In this document: piece after piece, positions 42,217-55,811 of the stretch | Position numbering within the stretch: position 1 is the stretch's first letter | Layout: the number at the start of each line of letters is the position of its first letter | Assembly: GCA_965112735.1 (NCBI GenBank) | Contig: OZ218961.1 | Span: 372,001 to 436,000 of the forward strand | From: Phaeosaccion multiseriatum | Lineage: Eukaryota > Protista > Ochrophyta, other classes | DNA: 64,000 nt | Direction of reading: 5' to 3' | Translations under genes and position numbers: made by a program | Notes under the pieces: model-generated | What the model saw: the letters and a program-made list of their open reading frames with translations, nothing else | The model's database searches: none | What the model was told of the DNA's origin: nothing

Positions 42217-43459
42217 GGCTGGAGATGAGGCCGAGGGTGGGGAGTGCGGCACCTCTGGCAGCAGAGTGGTGCTGGTGGACTTTGCAGCGGCATGGTGTGG
42301 CAACTGCAAGAAGCTCACCCCGGAGCTGCGGCACTTGGCTGCCACGTACGCAGGAGGCAGGCGGTGTTTCCGAGTTGCCACTGTGGATGTGGACGACGCG
42401 CAGGAGCTCGCTGACGCCTATGATGTGTCCGCCCTGCCTACCGTTGTGCTGCTCGAGAAGGAGGAGGGAGGAGGAGGAGGAGGAGGAGGAGGAGGAGGAG
42501 GAGGAGGAGAGATGAAGGAGATTGGCAGGTTTGTGTGTGGTGGGAGTGCGTCTGAGGGAATGAGTGGGCAGTATGGGTATGTACGTGCTTTTGTCTCTCT
42601 CTTTCCCTCTCTGCCTGTCCCCCTCTCTCTCCTTCTCTCTCCCCCTCCCTCTCTCTTTCCCTCCCTCCCTTCCCCCCTCTCTCCCTCCCACCCTCCCTCC
42701 GAACCTCCCGCTCTAGCCTTTGGCGGCACTTCAGGCCGGAGACTTCCTTTTCCCCTTCACCTCGCCACCCCTTCATACTGCTCCTCTGCTGTATCACCAA
42801 CTGTTCCTGCTGTCCCCTCTCCTCCTTTTCTTCTCTACTCTCACTCTTTCCTTTCCGCGGTCTCTACGTGGACGATGTATTCTCGATAACGATATAATAT
42901 CGATGGGCCATGTATGTTCATTAGGTACAGCGGAAGCGATCCCGCAGAGCTTCGGAGGTTTGTGACGAAGCACTTGGACAACCCAGGGGGGGCATCTAAA
43001 GATGGCAGTCAACGCACGGCCGCCGAGGGTGCTGCTGGTGCTCATGGCGGTGCTGGAGGAAGCGGGGCTACCGCTGGCAACGACGACGGTGAGGAGGAGG
43101 AGAACGAATTGCAAAGCCAGCTGGCGTGGGCTGATCACTTCATCTCGGTGTTTAGCGAGCGAGTGGATGTGGAACGGTTGGTGCAAGACCTGCAGCAGCG
43201 GCGTCGCCAAAGTCGGAGCGTTGGTCAAGGCGAGATGCCATCTGTAAGTGGGGCTCCCACCATCACCACCACCAGCAGCAGCAGCAGCAGCAGCAGCGGC
43301 GGCAACGGTAGCGGAGGAGGTAGCAGCAGCAGTCTCGAGAAGGAGCAGGGCAGAGCAGTTGGTGATACAGCAGTCGAGGGAGGCTCGGTGAAACGGCCGA
43401 GACTGACACGGGAGGAGATTGAGAGTGGCGCAAAGAAGGAAGGCGCTGCGGGGGGATGA
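40396..43459 (+). CDS. BioD/AAA_26-like P-loop protein with an inserted thioredoxin domain; 3 exons; start uncertain (40396 or 40738)
   Basis: FVSGDRSQVGKSS, AYIKP, IVDGVGYPAVGSICGVSNADVA, VLGGVFNR; Trx motifs LVDFAAAWCGNCKKLTP, VDVD, VSALPT. Introns ~41033-41474 and ~42529-42924. Confidence 0.8.
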
Positions 43460-44277
43460 GGGCGGAAGAGGGCTGCGAAGTAGTGGAAGGAGGGGAGGAG
43501 GGGAGTCGTCGGGGGGGGGGGAGGGGAAGAGGGCATCCCTAAGGCATATGGGTCTTGTTACGAAGAGGGCGATGTAACGTCTGCACCGTGGAAGACCTGC
43601 TGCCGGCCTTCCTCTCCCCCTTCCCCTCTTCCATCCACTGCCATCCTCCTCTCTTCCTCCTCCCGCCGCCCTCCCCCTCCGCTAGAAGCTTCGCAGCTCT
43701 CCACCCCTTCACCCCCTTCTCCCTCGCCGCTCGCTCCAGTGGCGCTCCACATCTATGCCATCTAGTGCCATCTAGTGCCATCAGTCCTCCACATCTATGC
43801 CATCTAGTGCCATCAGTCATCTCCAGCAGCAGCAGCAGGAGGAGGAGGAGGAGGGGAGGAGCAGTGCTGAAGGACGATAATGACGGGCCGTTTCGTTTCC
43901 AATTTGTGAAACGGTCTTGACCCCCCAAAAAGCACCAGCGACTCTCCAGTACAATAGAGGCACCAGTAGCACCAGCAGTTGGTGATACACCACCACCAGC
44001 ACATCGTGTACACAACCTGTAAGTAGTAGACCGATCTAGTAGTTTTGTGTAAAAGAGGAATCCCTGGGTTTTCCCCTTCCACGTTCCAGAGGTGGGTGTG
44101 ACTTTCCTCCCAGCGTCCAGAGTAGCTATAGGCATCTCTCTCAGGCCTCAGTCGTGCGTCACACCTTTGTACCGATGGGATTCAATTCGGAGGCCGCGAG
44201 CACACTGAAACTTAGATTCACCCCCTCCTTCACGCACTGACCCTCGCTGAGGTACCCTTTGTTTTCTGAAACTGCTT

Positions 44278-44473
44278 CTACGCGTCCAAGGAGGAGGGCC
44301 CCTCTCCGTCATACACGTCATACACGTTCCTCTCATGGGGGGGTTTGTAGACGAGGTTGAGGGCTTCGAAGATGCTCTCTTCGGTATAGCACTCGATCCG
44401 CTTTCCTTTGCCCAACTGTGGGAGAGAGGGGGAGGGATGGGAGGGGTGGGGAGTGGGGAGGGGAGGGAGAGGA

Positions 44474-44510
<37 letters not shown>

Positions 44511-46611
44511 GGGGGAGGAGGCAGGGGACGAGGGGGACCAGGATAGAGGGAGGGGAGGATAGACAGAGAGAGGGGGAGGGAGGGAGGGAGGGAGGGAGGG
44601 AGGGAGGGAGGGAGGAAGGGAGGAAGGAAGCAAGGTGGGAAAGGGAAAGGGGTGGGGGGGTGAGCAAGAGGGCCAAGTGGCGTGAAGAAGGCAAGGCGAA
44701 AGTGAGAGGGATACACTGGTAGAGTTAAAGTGAGAGATACGCAGTGGTAGACACGAGTCGAGCGTGTAGGCGAACGAAATCAATCGGCGCTTCTTCTTCC
44801 CTCATTCCTCCGTGTGGGCCTCATCCCACCTACACTCACTCACTCCCTCACTCACTCACTCACTCATCACCTCACTCACTCACTCATCCACTCACTCACT
44901 CACTCACTCACTCACTAATTCACATACCCACGCACTCCCTCCCTCCCTCCCGCTCCCCCTCTCTCCCTCCCTTACTCGCCCCCCCCCCCCCCTCACTCAC
45001 TCACTCACTCACTCACCAGCTCATAGTTGGCGCCCCTGCGAGCGTGGAATAGCCCCTTGTCGCTGAGAGTGAGTTTACTCAGACCTGCAAATCTCCGCAT
45101 AGAGCGGTTGAAGTGCGCGCTGCCGGTGAAGTAAAGCACAGCGGAGGCGAAGTCCTTGGCGGGGTATACCTTCATTTATGAAGAAAAGTAACGTGAGACA
45201 GTGGAGAGCATGGGGTAGATTGTAGTTTGAGCTTCAGTTGTGTTTGTGTGTTGAGTGTGAGTTTCCATTGGCGGGGCACCCCTTACATAACATGACACAA
45301 GGGGGGGGCTGGTACGACGTGAGTAGGTTGTGAGTTTGAGGGTGGTTTAATAACATCTGAGTTTGAGTTTCCGGTTGATCGGCCTCGATCAACACCTCGA
45401 TCATTATGTCGACCTCGATATGGATACCGATACGTGGAGTAGGTGTGTCTTGTAACCCCATCCTTCAACCACCCACCACCCTCCCTCCCTCCCTCCCTCC
45501 CTCTCTCCCTCGCTCCCTCCCTCCCTCCCTCCCTCCCTCTCTCCTTCTCTTCCTCCACTCCACTCCCATGCTCACCTTCATGTCTATCCTCCGATACTTC
45601 GGCCGTACACTGCCATCTGCACTACCCTTATCGAGCTTGCATATGCCCATGTAGACGTCTGCCATGTCTTCAACATGAGGGCCGGGTAGCTGTAAGTGGT
45701 CCGTGAGGAAGCCTCTCTCACTCAGGACACGCGTCAGAGCATGGAGGAGGTCACAGTGCTGTGGGAGACAGAGAGAGAGAGAGGAGGGGGGTGTTGGAGT
45801 GAAGCGGGGATGGGGGAGGGAGGGAGGCGGAGGAGGGGAAGGGAGGATGTTAAGACTCGTGTGGCGAGGAAAGGGGAGGATACTAGAGGCGTATGGTACA
45901 TGGAGGGGGGAGGAGAGGAGAGAAGAGGAGAGAAGAGGAGAGCAGAGGGGAGGAGAGCAGAGGGGAGGAGAGGAGAGGAGAGGAGAGGCGTGGGGGGAGG
46001 AGGAGGGAAGGAACAGGGCCGCGGCCATTGTAGCATAGGGTACATCAGGTAGCGGTTGGCGGTTCCTCGTAAGGGTATACCCCCTCACCCCGCACCCTTC
46101 CCCCCTCAGCCCCCACTCCTCACCCCTCTGTCCTGACACCCCTCATCCCTCTGTCCTGACACCCCTCATCCCTCTGTCCTGACACCCCTCACCCCTCACT
46201 CCTCCCCCCTCACCCCTCACCTCCCTCCCCTTGGGCGGCGCAAAGAGTATGTCAATGTCTCCGCAGGTTGCCTTCCCTCTCCTGTAGGAGCCGCAGACAA
46301 CACTCCTCACGCCGGGGCAGAGCGCCTCCGCCGCCTGTCTCACCACCTGATCAATGGCAGTGGATGGCAGTGGATGGCAGTGGAAGTGGATGAGTTTCAG
46401 TCTGGTGTCCGTATGTCTGAGTGTTGTCGGAGTGTGCGTCTCTGTGTATGTATGGCACTCTTAAAAGGTGGCTCGCTCTTGGCTCTTGAATGAGTACGGT
46501 ACTCTGTTGAGGGTGACTCTACTATCTCTTGACTCCTCACACACCTCATACAGCTGCGCGGCCTCACTGCGCGGCATCTTCTCCTGGAGGTCTTCGTACC
46601 TGTTCACGCAC

Positions 46612-46647
<36 letters not shown>

Positions 46648-49631
46648 GCACGCACGCACATACCCACACAGGTATGTCAGCACATACTCACGTAAGCACA
46701 CACACATAGAACACATGCACACGGCGGACGATAAATCACGCACGGGGTACAATGTGCCTGTGCGGGGTATTCCCTCCGTCGCTTCGATGTGCCGCGCCCG
46801 CACACACACGGAGACACATGACAACAGAAGAGAGACGGGGAATATCGACCGGGACAGGGAGAGGGAGACAAGTGGGAGACAAGGGAAAGAGGGACAGGGA
46901 GAGAGAGAGAGACAGAGAGAAAAAGACATGGAGAGAGACAGAGAGAGGCAGATGGAGGGAGAAGGACAGAGAGAGAGAGAGAGGCACATGGAGGGAGAAG
47001 GACAGAGAGAGAGAGAGGGGAGAGGGAGAGAGGAAGGGAGAGAAGAGAGTAGAGAGAGCGAGAGAGAGACATCGAGAGAGAAGGGGATAGAAAGGCACCT
47101 ACGTCGCATAGAGAAGGCCACACAACACACAAACAAGCACCACACCCTCCCCTCACCTCTTGAGGCCGGTCCTTTGTCGCGGACTGAGCACGTGCTGCCC
47201 CCTTTCTCGAAGGTCGGCAATGCTCGTGTAGCCCGACTTGATGAGGTTCTCAGCACTGGCAAAGCCCACCCAAGGGATGCCCATAAACTTGATCATGAGC
47301 TGTAGTTGGGGGTCGCTGCGGCAGATACCCAAGATTGACAGGCCTTTGGGGCCTCGGGATACGAGCTCGTTCAGCCAGGCGATTGGTACCTTGTCCTCGG
47401 GATATGAGCTGGGGAATGAGGAGGGAGGGACAGAGAGGAGGAGAGAGAAAGAGGGGACGAGAAGGAGAGAAAAAACCGAGGGACAGGGGAAAAGGAGAGA
47501 GAGGGAGGGGGAGACAGAGCGAGGGGGGGGGAGAGAAAAAGAGAAGGCGAGCAGGAGATAAGTGATAAACAGAGGGAGAGAGAGAGAGAGAGAAGAGGAA
47601 GATAGAGTGTGGACATGGCCAGAGTGTTGGCCAGCAAGGACAGGGGGCGGAACTGGAAGCGGAATGAGGGGGGGGGGGGCGCAGAACGTGAGGAGGACGG
47701 GGCCCCTGACCCAAGCAATTTGGGTGCTTTCTCGAGCCTTTGCTCTCTTCCCTCCCCCATGAATCACCGCAGGAAAGCCTCCCTACCTCCCTCCCCTCCT
47801 CCCCTTCTTCCTTCCTTCCCTCCCTCCCCCTTACCCTCACCCCGCCTCCCTGCCTCACTCACCCCTTGTTCTTCTTGAAAAACTTTTTGAGTCCATGCTG
47901 GGAGTCGACTTTCTTGGTGTACATCTTTAACAGTCCGATGAGCTTCTGCAAATTGCGTGCATTCCACTGCAGGTCGCTGAGGACCGCGCCGGGACCGCTG
48001 GCGCTCTTGGTATTCACCTGTTTCGTGTTGGTTTCAGGCTTAGTTTCCAGTTTGCAATGACCTCAAACTACCGATATCGACATTGAAATATAGCGAACAC
48101 GCTCCAACCACTACCGATATCGACATTGAAATATAGCTAACACTCCAATGATATTGAAATATAGCGAACACGCTCCAACCAGTCCAGAGCTGCCTCGCTT
48201 CACTTTTTCGGCCTCGAGCCACAAGTGAGTACAGTTCCTCCCAGTCAGTTTTTGAGTTTCAGTTCATTTGTCTGACCTCGAAATCGGAACACGAAAGACC
48301 TCCATATCGACCTCGATATCGACGTCGATAGACACGCTTCTCACCTTGGCCTGTAGGTACGAATACAGCTCCTCGAGAGGGCCGGTGAGGTGCTTGTTCC
48401 GGTTGGCGGCAGTCACGGACAGCTGGCAGGCGAACTTCTCTCGATCGGGCGGATTAAAGCGCCCGCGCTTCCTCCTTGATCCTCCTCCTCCTGTTCCTTC
48501 GACTCCTCCTCCTGCTTCCGCTGCTGCTCCTCCTTGGGCTGCTTCCTTGCGTTCTTTGGGGGACCCAAGTCTCTCCATGTAAGGCATTTTGATGTTCAGG
48601 TTTCTTGAGGGCGGAACGAAGACGGAGGGCGCGGTGGAGGGGTGGAGGGGTGGAGGTGTGGAGGGAGGGAGGGAGGGAGGGAGGGAGGGGGAGAGGGTAG
48701 CAGGGGCATATGGGCAGAGAGGGGAAGCGGGGGCAGCACAGGCATATGGGCACAAAGAGGAACGAGGTGAGCACGGGAGAGGGTGAAGCGGGGGCAACAG
48801 AGGAAGGCTATCACCCTGGAGTAAGAGATGGCACCGCAAAGTCAAATATGGCAGCCGACGGGTTGCCGCGTTGCTAGCTTAGCGACAGCGCCAGCGCCTG
48901 AGAGAGCCTACCTCGAGATCGTACAAGCTATGGAATGCACGCACGCACACACGCACGCACGCACCTACGGTCACCCGATTCCGCCCCACAGATGGCCCTT
49001 CACCACAAACATGCACGCACACACACACACACATACACACACACACACACCCTCATCGAGGCACAGGTCAAGCAATCAGACAGAGCGCTGGAGACATGGA
49101 CGCACGTACCCGTCTTCAGGCAGCGCCCCCGCCATTCCTGACTTGCGATGGAGCTCGTCGAAGCTCTCACAGTTGGCGTTATATTCGTCTGTATCCCCAC
49201 CACCCGCCGCCTCTCCAACAGAAGGCTTCTCCCACAGCGTCAGGGACGACGCTCTCGCCTTCCGATGCTCCTCGAATCCACGGCCTTGGGAGTCGTTCTG
49301 TGAAGAGTACACCGAGCAGGAGCTCTCCAGAGAAGAGACTGCAGAGACCCCCCCTCCCCCTTCCCCTCCCCTTTCCCCTTCCCCTTCCCCTTTCCCTCCC
49401 CCTTTCCCTCCCCCTCCCCCCTCCCCTCCCCCTCCCCCTCCCCCTCCCCCTCCCCCTTCCCCTTCCCCTCCCCCTTTCCCTTCCCCTCTCCCTTCCCCTC
49501 CCCCTTCCCCTTCCCCTCCCCCTCCCCCTCCCCCTTCCCCTTCCCCTTCCCCTCCCCCTTCCCCTCCCCCTCCCCTTGGCGAAGGAGTGTCCTTTGGGAA
49601 GGGGGAGTCTCCACCCCCCTGCTGCTGCTGT

Positions 49632-49697
<66 letters not shown>

Positions 49698-49776
49698 AGG
49701 TTGTTCTCTCGGTTTTGCCCGCTCTTGTGGTGTACGACCAGGGCCGCCGACAACGGCTTTGGTTGCTGTTTCGCCA

Positions 49777-49815
<39 letters not shown>

Positions 49816-50534
49816 CCTGACCCGAGCAATGGTGGTCCTTGTCCTCCTCGCAAGGCCCATCGACGCCCCTGACCAACGCGTTATCGCTCCTCGCTCCGCT
49901 TTCTTTGCTGCCGCCCGTCTCCTCCTCCTCCTCCTCCTCTGTGGCGAAACGCACATAGTACGCCCCTTCGTCCAGCACCTTTCCACTCCGCAGGCAGTCC
50001 ACCAGCCATTGAGAGACAACCATCACTACACCCCCTCGTTCCTCCTCTTCCTCTTCCATCTCCGTCGCCTCCTCCTGCTCCTTCTTCCCCTCACCCCCTT
50101 CCATACAGCCTTGGGCCTCCGCTCCCATCGTCGTCACCACCGGGACGCCACCCCGCCCCCCTCCCCTCCTAGCGTGTGACTGTGCTCGTGGGCTTGACCG
50201 GCAGCCCCATCCCCCTGTCTGCCCTTCGGACACCATCGGAGTTGCGCAGGCAGCCTGTGTGTGCCTCTGCCCCGTGCGTGCGTCCTTTACCTTGCCCCAG
50301 AAGCCCTTTGCTCCAAGGGGCTGGGCATAGTTCCAGTCCACGAGGAGATGTGTGGTGGCGTTCGTCAGTTGGGTGGTTAGCACGCCACCCAAAGCCGAGA
50401 GCTTCTTGTTCCAAATACCCACCCTCTTGGCCGAAATGTCCACTCCCTCCTCCACGGCGCAAATGTTGACATCGCTCCACTCTCGATGGCTTCCCCCCCC
50501 ACCAGCAAGGCCTTCACTGACACTATTGCTGCTT

Positions 50535-50572
<38 letters not shown>

Positions 50573-51706
50573 ACTGCTGCCAATGCGGTCAGCCTCGCTC
50601 TGAGCCGTGGTCGTGGTCGTGGTGGTGGTTGTGGTGGCAGCATTACCCGCCCCCTCGGGAGTACACCTCTTCGCCTTCCTCCTTGTCGTGTTGGTACTAC
50701 TCCTACCATCACCACTACAGTTGTTGTTGTTGCTGCTGTTGGAGCTGCTGCTGCTGCTGCTGCTGCTGCCCCTGACCCAGGCTATGGCGGTCGCGTCATT
50801 CTGGGGGTGAGTCATACTGGGGGCGCAATAGATAACGTTCTCCTTCGAGCGCTGGTCCAGAGGCTTCGCACCTCCTCCTCGTCCTCCTCCTCCTCCTCCT
50901 CCTCCTCCTCCTCTCCTCTGACCATCCCAAGCGCCACAAGTCCTTCCCCTGACCCTGGACTGCTTCTGCTTGTGTGCCTGCCCCTGCAGAAGAGCCTGCC
51001 TCCCTGCTTCTCCGTCCGCCTTCCTGGACCTCCTCGAGGGGAAGCCCGGGCCCCAACTACTAGGGATGAGCATCTTTGCATCTCGAGCGACACCTCCTCC
51101 TCCTACTGCTACTGCTGCTGCTGCTGCTGCTGACGCAGTTTTCGCTCCACTACTCCTACTCCTCGCAAGTGCCCTCTTCGGACCCTGATACACACCACCA
51201 CCACCACCACCACCACCACCGCCACCGCCATCGCCGCCGACACTGCCATGCTTGAAGCTGCAGTCTGCGTCACTGAAGGAGCGCTTCCGAAGGCGGCTGC
51301 CCCCCCTGTGCCCCATTGGAGCTGCTTTGCCACCGCTGCTGCTTCGGTGGTTGCCTCCCACCAAGCGGGGCACCCTCGTGACGTACTTTGACGGGATGGA
51401 TCGACGCACACTCGTGTCCTTGAAATAACCCCCCCCAGCCTCCTCCTCCTCCTCTCCCTCGACCTGCATATCTGAAACTGTTGCCTCTCCATCCTCCCTC
51501 GGCATCAACGGGGGTGGGGGAGAAGCCCGGCGAAGAGTAAGAGTTAAACCTCCTCCCCGGCGCTGCTCGTCTGGAGGGCGATCGCTTGCCTCCCCCCCCC
51601 CCTCCCCCTCCCCCTCTTCCTCACCCCCCTCCCCTCCTGTGCCTCTCTCCCGTTGCTGAGTAGCGCTGCCACTGCTGCCATTGCTGCTGCGGTTTGCTTG
51701 CCTTGG

Positions 51707-51747
<41 letters not shown>

Positions 51748-52243
51748 CAACGTGCTCCTCCTCAGCCCCTTCGGTGCTCTTCTGCTTGTCCGGTAGCACC
51801 TGCACCTGCTCTCCTCGTGTCCCCTGACCCTGCCCCACAGCGTGGAGCAGATCGATTGGAAGAGGCCCACCTCCTCCTCCCTCTTCTCCAGCAGAGGAAG
51901 GAGAAAGAGCAGAAGGGGCCGTAGCAGCAGCAGAAGTAGCAGTAGCACTAGAAAGGAGGCAGGTGCCACTAATGCCGCTGGTGCTGATAGTGCTTCTTCT
52001 CGTCCTGCTGTGGGCATCAATACCCTTGGCGATCTGGGGCCCGTTGTTGTTCGGTGGCAGCAGCGCCGCCACCACCACCACCACCACCTCCTCCTCCTCC
52101 TCCTCCTCCTCCTCCAGCTCCCGGAGTGCTGTGGAAAGCTTGGCAGTATATGAGTTGAAGGCGTGCCTAAGGTCCATGGCGTCTCCAAAGTAGGTGCCGG
52201 CAGTCATGGTCGAGCCCAAAGCCGCCGAAGTATTTACAAGCAT
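44278..52243 (-). CDS. POLL: Family X DNA polymerase (Pol lambda-like) with a BRCT domain and a very long low-complexity N-terminus; about 9 exons; start uncertain
   Basis: BRCT TTHLLV...[74 protein letters not shown]. Confidence 0.88.
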
Positions 52244-52851
52244 AGTACAGAGGAACCCTCCTCCCTCCTCCCCACCACCGCCTTCCTTAACATTCTACAA
52301 CGCCACGCTACTTTAGAAGAGGGAGGGCAGCTCGGCAGCAGGCCATTGGCGGGAAGCCCAGACGGCGTGGGCAGCGCGCCAAAAAAAAAGGGTACGGAGA
52401 GAGGCAGATGTGGTCTTCAGCGCATGCGTCGCAGTCCTCCCCCATACCACGCTACTCTAGGGAGAGAGAGAAAGCACTCGTAAGTCGCGCCAAGAGGGGA
52501 AAGAAGGAAAGAGTGGAGAGAGTGGATGGTTTCGACATCCAGAGTCATCGAGTCACAGATGGTCGCACATTCACAAACGTCCCTCTCCTGATCCTCTCCC
52601 CTCCACTCCACTCCACTACTGTGCCTACTCCCGGGAAGGGTGGGAGATAGACCCCCCTCTGTCTCTCTTGGAAAGCCTTTAACGGGGTGGACAGGAGGCA
52701 GTTCCATCCCCTTGCTCTTGACCCTTGGCCCCGTCTCCCACGCCTTCGTACAGCGCAGGACACAGAGTGTAGCCTTCTACCATCACATCTTCCCTCATCG
52801 AGGAGCAGCACTGAAGGATATTTGGCAGCGGACAGAGGGGAGGGGGGTACT

Positions 52852-53880
52852 ATGCGGCGGAGGAGGAGGATGGCAGCGACTGGTGCTGGTCCCAGTGCTC
52901 CTGCTTCAGATGAAGGAGGGAATGGGCTGCTCTTTGAAGCTTGCCACGAGGTCTTGGCACAGCCCGAGCTGCTCCGTTCTGTCTTGGGGCACGTGGGAGA
53001 GGGGCACTTCTGCTTCGTCGCAAGTGCGAGTAAGACGTGGAAGGCCAGCTACACTGCTTTGTATCCAGTAATGGAGACAGCTTTCTCATCTGTGGTCAGC
53101 TCTGTGGAGTGCACGAACTGGGCGACAAATCGGCAGGGGCTCGAGCTTTATGTGAAGGTCTTCGAGGCCGCTGCCCGGCACGGAGATGTCGAGGTATGCA
53201 AGGCCCTTTATGCCAAAAGGTGTCCCTGGTGTGTATCTGTGTGTTTCGCAGCACCGGAGAACGAAAAGCATGGCCTGCAAGTCCTGAAGTGGCTGCGCTC
53301 GGAGGACCTTCCCCGCAAGAAGCAGTGCCCGTGGGCCCTTATGGTCTATGAGTTGGCTGCAAGTAAAGGGCGTTTGGAGATGCTCAAGTGGCTGCTATCG
53401 GAGGATGCCAACACACAACTCCGTACGAATGCAGACTTTGATCTTGAATCTTTGTCATCTTGGGACGGCGCTTGTATGGGTGGGCAAATCCCCGTCCTGG
53501 AATGGCTTCTCGAGCATCCTCCCACCAGAGCCTGGTTGGAAGAACCAACACATGACGAGCATAATTGGCGTACGGGAGCCTCCTCTGCCGCTTCCTGTGG
53601 CCATCTCGAGGCACTGAAGTTCCTCCACGCCAATGCTCGCCACCTCTGTGATTGGGATTTGTGGGTCTGTAGTTGTGCAGTCGCACACGGCAAGAGCCTT
53701 GCTGTGCTGAAGTGGCTCCGGTCGGAGGAAGTGCAGTGTGAGTGGGACGAAAGATCGTGCCCACAGGTCATCAGGGACAGTGTGTTGGAAGATCAGGAAT
53801 GGCATATCGAGGCCGCAACATTTGAGGAGATCAAGCAGTGGGTGCACGCCAATGGCCACCCCTGCGACTGCCAGGACTGA
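52852..53880 (+). CDS. Intronless F-box-like + ankyrin-like repeat protein, copy 1 (most divergent)
   Basis: PELLRSVLGHV..FVASASKTWK followed by repeats such as AARHGDVEV, CPW, GRLEMLKWL and GHLEALKFL. Confidence 0.78.
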   Translation: MRRRRRMAATGAGPSAPASDEGGNGLLFEACHEVLAQPELLRSVLGHVGEGHFCFVASASKTWKASYTALYPVMETAFSSVVSSVECTNWATNRQGLELYVKVFEAAARHGDVEVCKALYAKRCPWCVSVCFAAPENEKHGLQVLKWLRSEDLPRKKQCPWALMVYELAASKGRLEMLKWLLSEDANTQLRTNADFDLESLSSWDGACMGGQIPVLEWLLEHPPTRAWLEEPTHDEHNWRTGASSAASCGHLEALKFLHANARHLCDWDLWVCSCAVAHGKSLAVLKWLRSEEVQCEWDERSCPQVIRDSVLEDQEWHIEAATFEEIKQWVHANGHPCDCQD

Positions 53881-54193
53881 GAGGAGAACAAGCTCGCACA
53901 GATGGAGAGAGAGACATGGGGGGAGGGGTGGGGGGGCAGTTAGCGTACGTTTGGGGAGGCTTCCGGTGAGCGTGGGTCAGTACAGAGCAGGATGGACGGC
54001 TGTGACTGTCGCACTTCGAGGAGCTGCTGGGAATGTTGAGGCTTCAGTGAGTACGTCTTTATGGTTCGACGTGGACTTCGGCAGCGAGTACAGCCTGACA
54101 GAGCTTGAGTGAGCAAGTGGAGCAGCAATTCTCTTATAGGAATCAACCTAAGAATTGCTCATGAATTATGTGCGTGTGTTGTGTGTGGTGTGT

Positions 54194-54225
<32 letters not shown>

Positions 54226-54713
54226 TGGGCCTCAGGGCCTCCACATCCAGACTCACAGATGGCGGGCCTGACAGACCTTAGGGGTATATAAACCTTGAGC
54301 TTAGCTCCATAAGATATACAGGCCGCAAGACCTCCCACGCGTGAATAAAGTAGGCAGCATAAGGAAGGGGGCGAGGCTGATAGAAAGAAAGGATTCTGCT
54401 GGCGCTGGTAAGTGCCTGCTACCGGAGATAGCCCGCCCCTCTGTTCTTGAGGGGGAAGCGGGGAAGCAGCTGTAAGGAAGAGGAGTGAGAGGAGTTATAA
54501 CAGATGTATGAATCATGCTGGCCATCTGGTCTCTCGGCTGCTGCCCCTCCTCCACAGCCGCTCACTCTCTCTCTCTCTCTCTCCCTCCCTCTCCCCTCCA
54601 CCTTTCCTTCCACTCCCCCCTTCTTCAGCAACTTATCTGCTCCGGCCAGCAGGGCTTACTAGAGGTGCTTACTTCCTCGCATTTATCCCAAGTTCTCCTG
54701 TTTCGAGGAAACA

Positions 54714-55811
54714 ATGGAGACGAGGCTGCAGCGGAGGAGAACGGCATTGGGGCACGGGGAGGCGCCACATGACTCTACCCAGGGAAGGAGGCTGAGACGG
54801 TCTCCAGTAGCAACAGCATGTGGGGGTGCCAGTGGTACCGCTGCTTCAAGTTCCGGATACAATGGGCTGCTCTTTGAAGCTTGCCACGAGGCCCTGGAGA
54901 ATCTCGAGCTGCTTCGTGCCATCTTGGAGCACTTGGGAAAGGGGCACTTCTGCTTCGTGGCTGGTGTGAGCAAGGATTGGAAGGCCAGCTACACCGCTTT
55001 GTATCCAGCAGTGGAGACAGCGTTTTCGTCTGTGGTCAGCTCAGTGGAGTGCGTGAACTGGGCGACAGGTCGGCAGGGCCTCGAGCTGAGTGTCAAGCTC
55101 TTCAGGGCCGCTGCCCGGTACGGAGATGTCGAGGTATGCAAGGCCCTCCATGGCAAGGACTGTCGCTGGGATGAGTATGTGTGTCACGAAACAGCGAAGA
55201 ACAGCAAGCATGGCCTGAGAGTACTCAAGTGGCTCCGCTCAGAGGACCTTCCCGACAAGGAGCAGTGCCCATGGGACGTTAGCGGCTGCGAAATGTGTGG
55301 CCTAGCTGCACTTGAAGGGCGCTTAGATATGCTCAAGTGGTTGCTGTCGGACGACGGTGGGGCAGACTTTGATGCCTTCTCTTGGAACATCGCATGTGAA
55401 GGAGGGGATATTCGCGTCGTGGAATGGCTTCTCTGGCATCCTCTCACGAGAGCCTTGCTGGAAGAAGGTTATGACGAGTGGCGCAGTGGCGCTGTGTGTG
55501 CAGCTGGCAAGGGCTGTCTCGAGGTACTGCAGCTGCTCCACGCCAATGCTGACCACCTCTGTTATTGGGATGCGTATGTCTGTACAGAGGCAGTCATGGA
55601 AGGTAAGAGCCTTGCTGTGCTGAAGTGGCTCAGATCGGAAGAAGTGCAGTGTGAGTGGGACGAAGGGTCGTGCCCACAGGTTATCAGGGACAGAGGAGTG
55701 TATGAAGAGTTACATGGGGAGGGCGCGGTATGGGACATCGACGCCAAAACCTTTGAGGAGATCAAGCAGTGGGTGCACGCCAATGGGCACCCCTGCGACT
55801 GCCAGGACTGA
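54714..55811 (+). CDS. F-box-like + ankyrin-like repeat protein, copy 2
   Basis: 365-aa ORF paralogous to copies 1, 3 and 4. Confidence 0.82.
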   Translation: METRLQRRRTALGHGEAPHDSTQGRRLRRSPVATACGGASGTAASSSGYNGLLFEACHEALENLELLRAILEHLGKGHFCFVAGVSKDWKASYTALYPAVETAFSSVVSSVECVNWATGRQGLELSVKLFRAAARYGDVEVCKALHGKDCRWDEYVCHETAKNSKHGLRVLKWLRSEDLPDKEQCPWDVSGCEMCGLAALEGRLDMLKWLLSDDGGADFDAFSWNIACEGGDIRVVEWLLWHPLTRALLEEGYDEWRSGAVCAAGKGCLEVLQLLHANADHLCYWDAYVCTEAVMEGKSLAVLKWLRSEEVQCEWDEGSCPQVIRDRGVYEELHGEGAVWDIDAKTFEEIKQWVHANGHPCDCQD

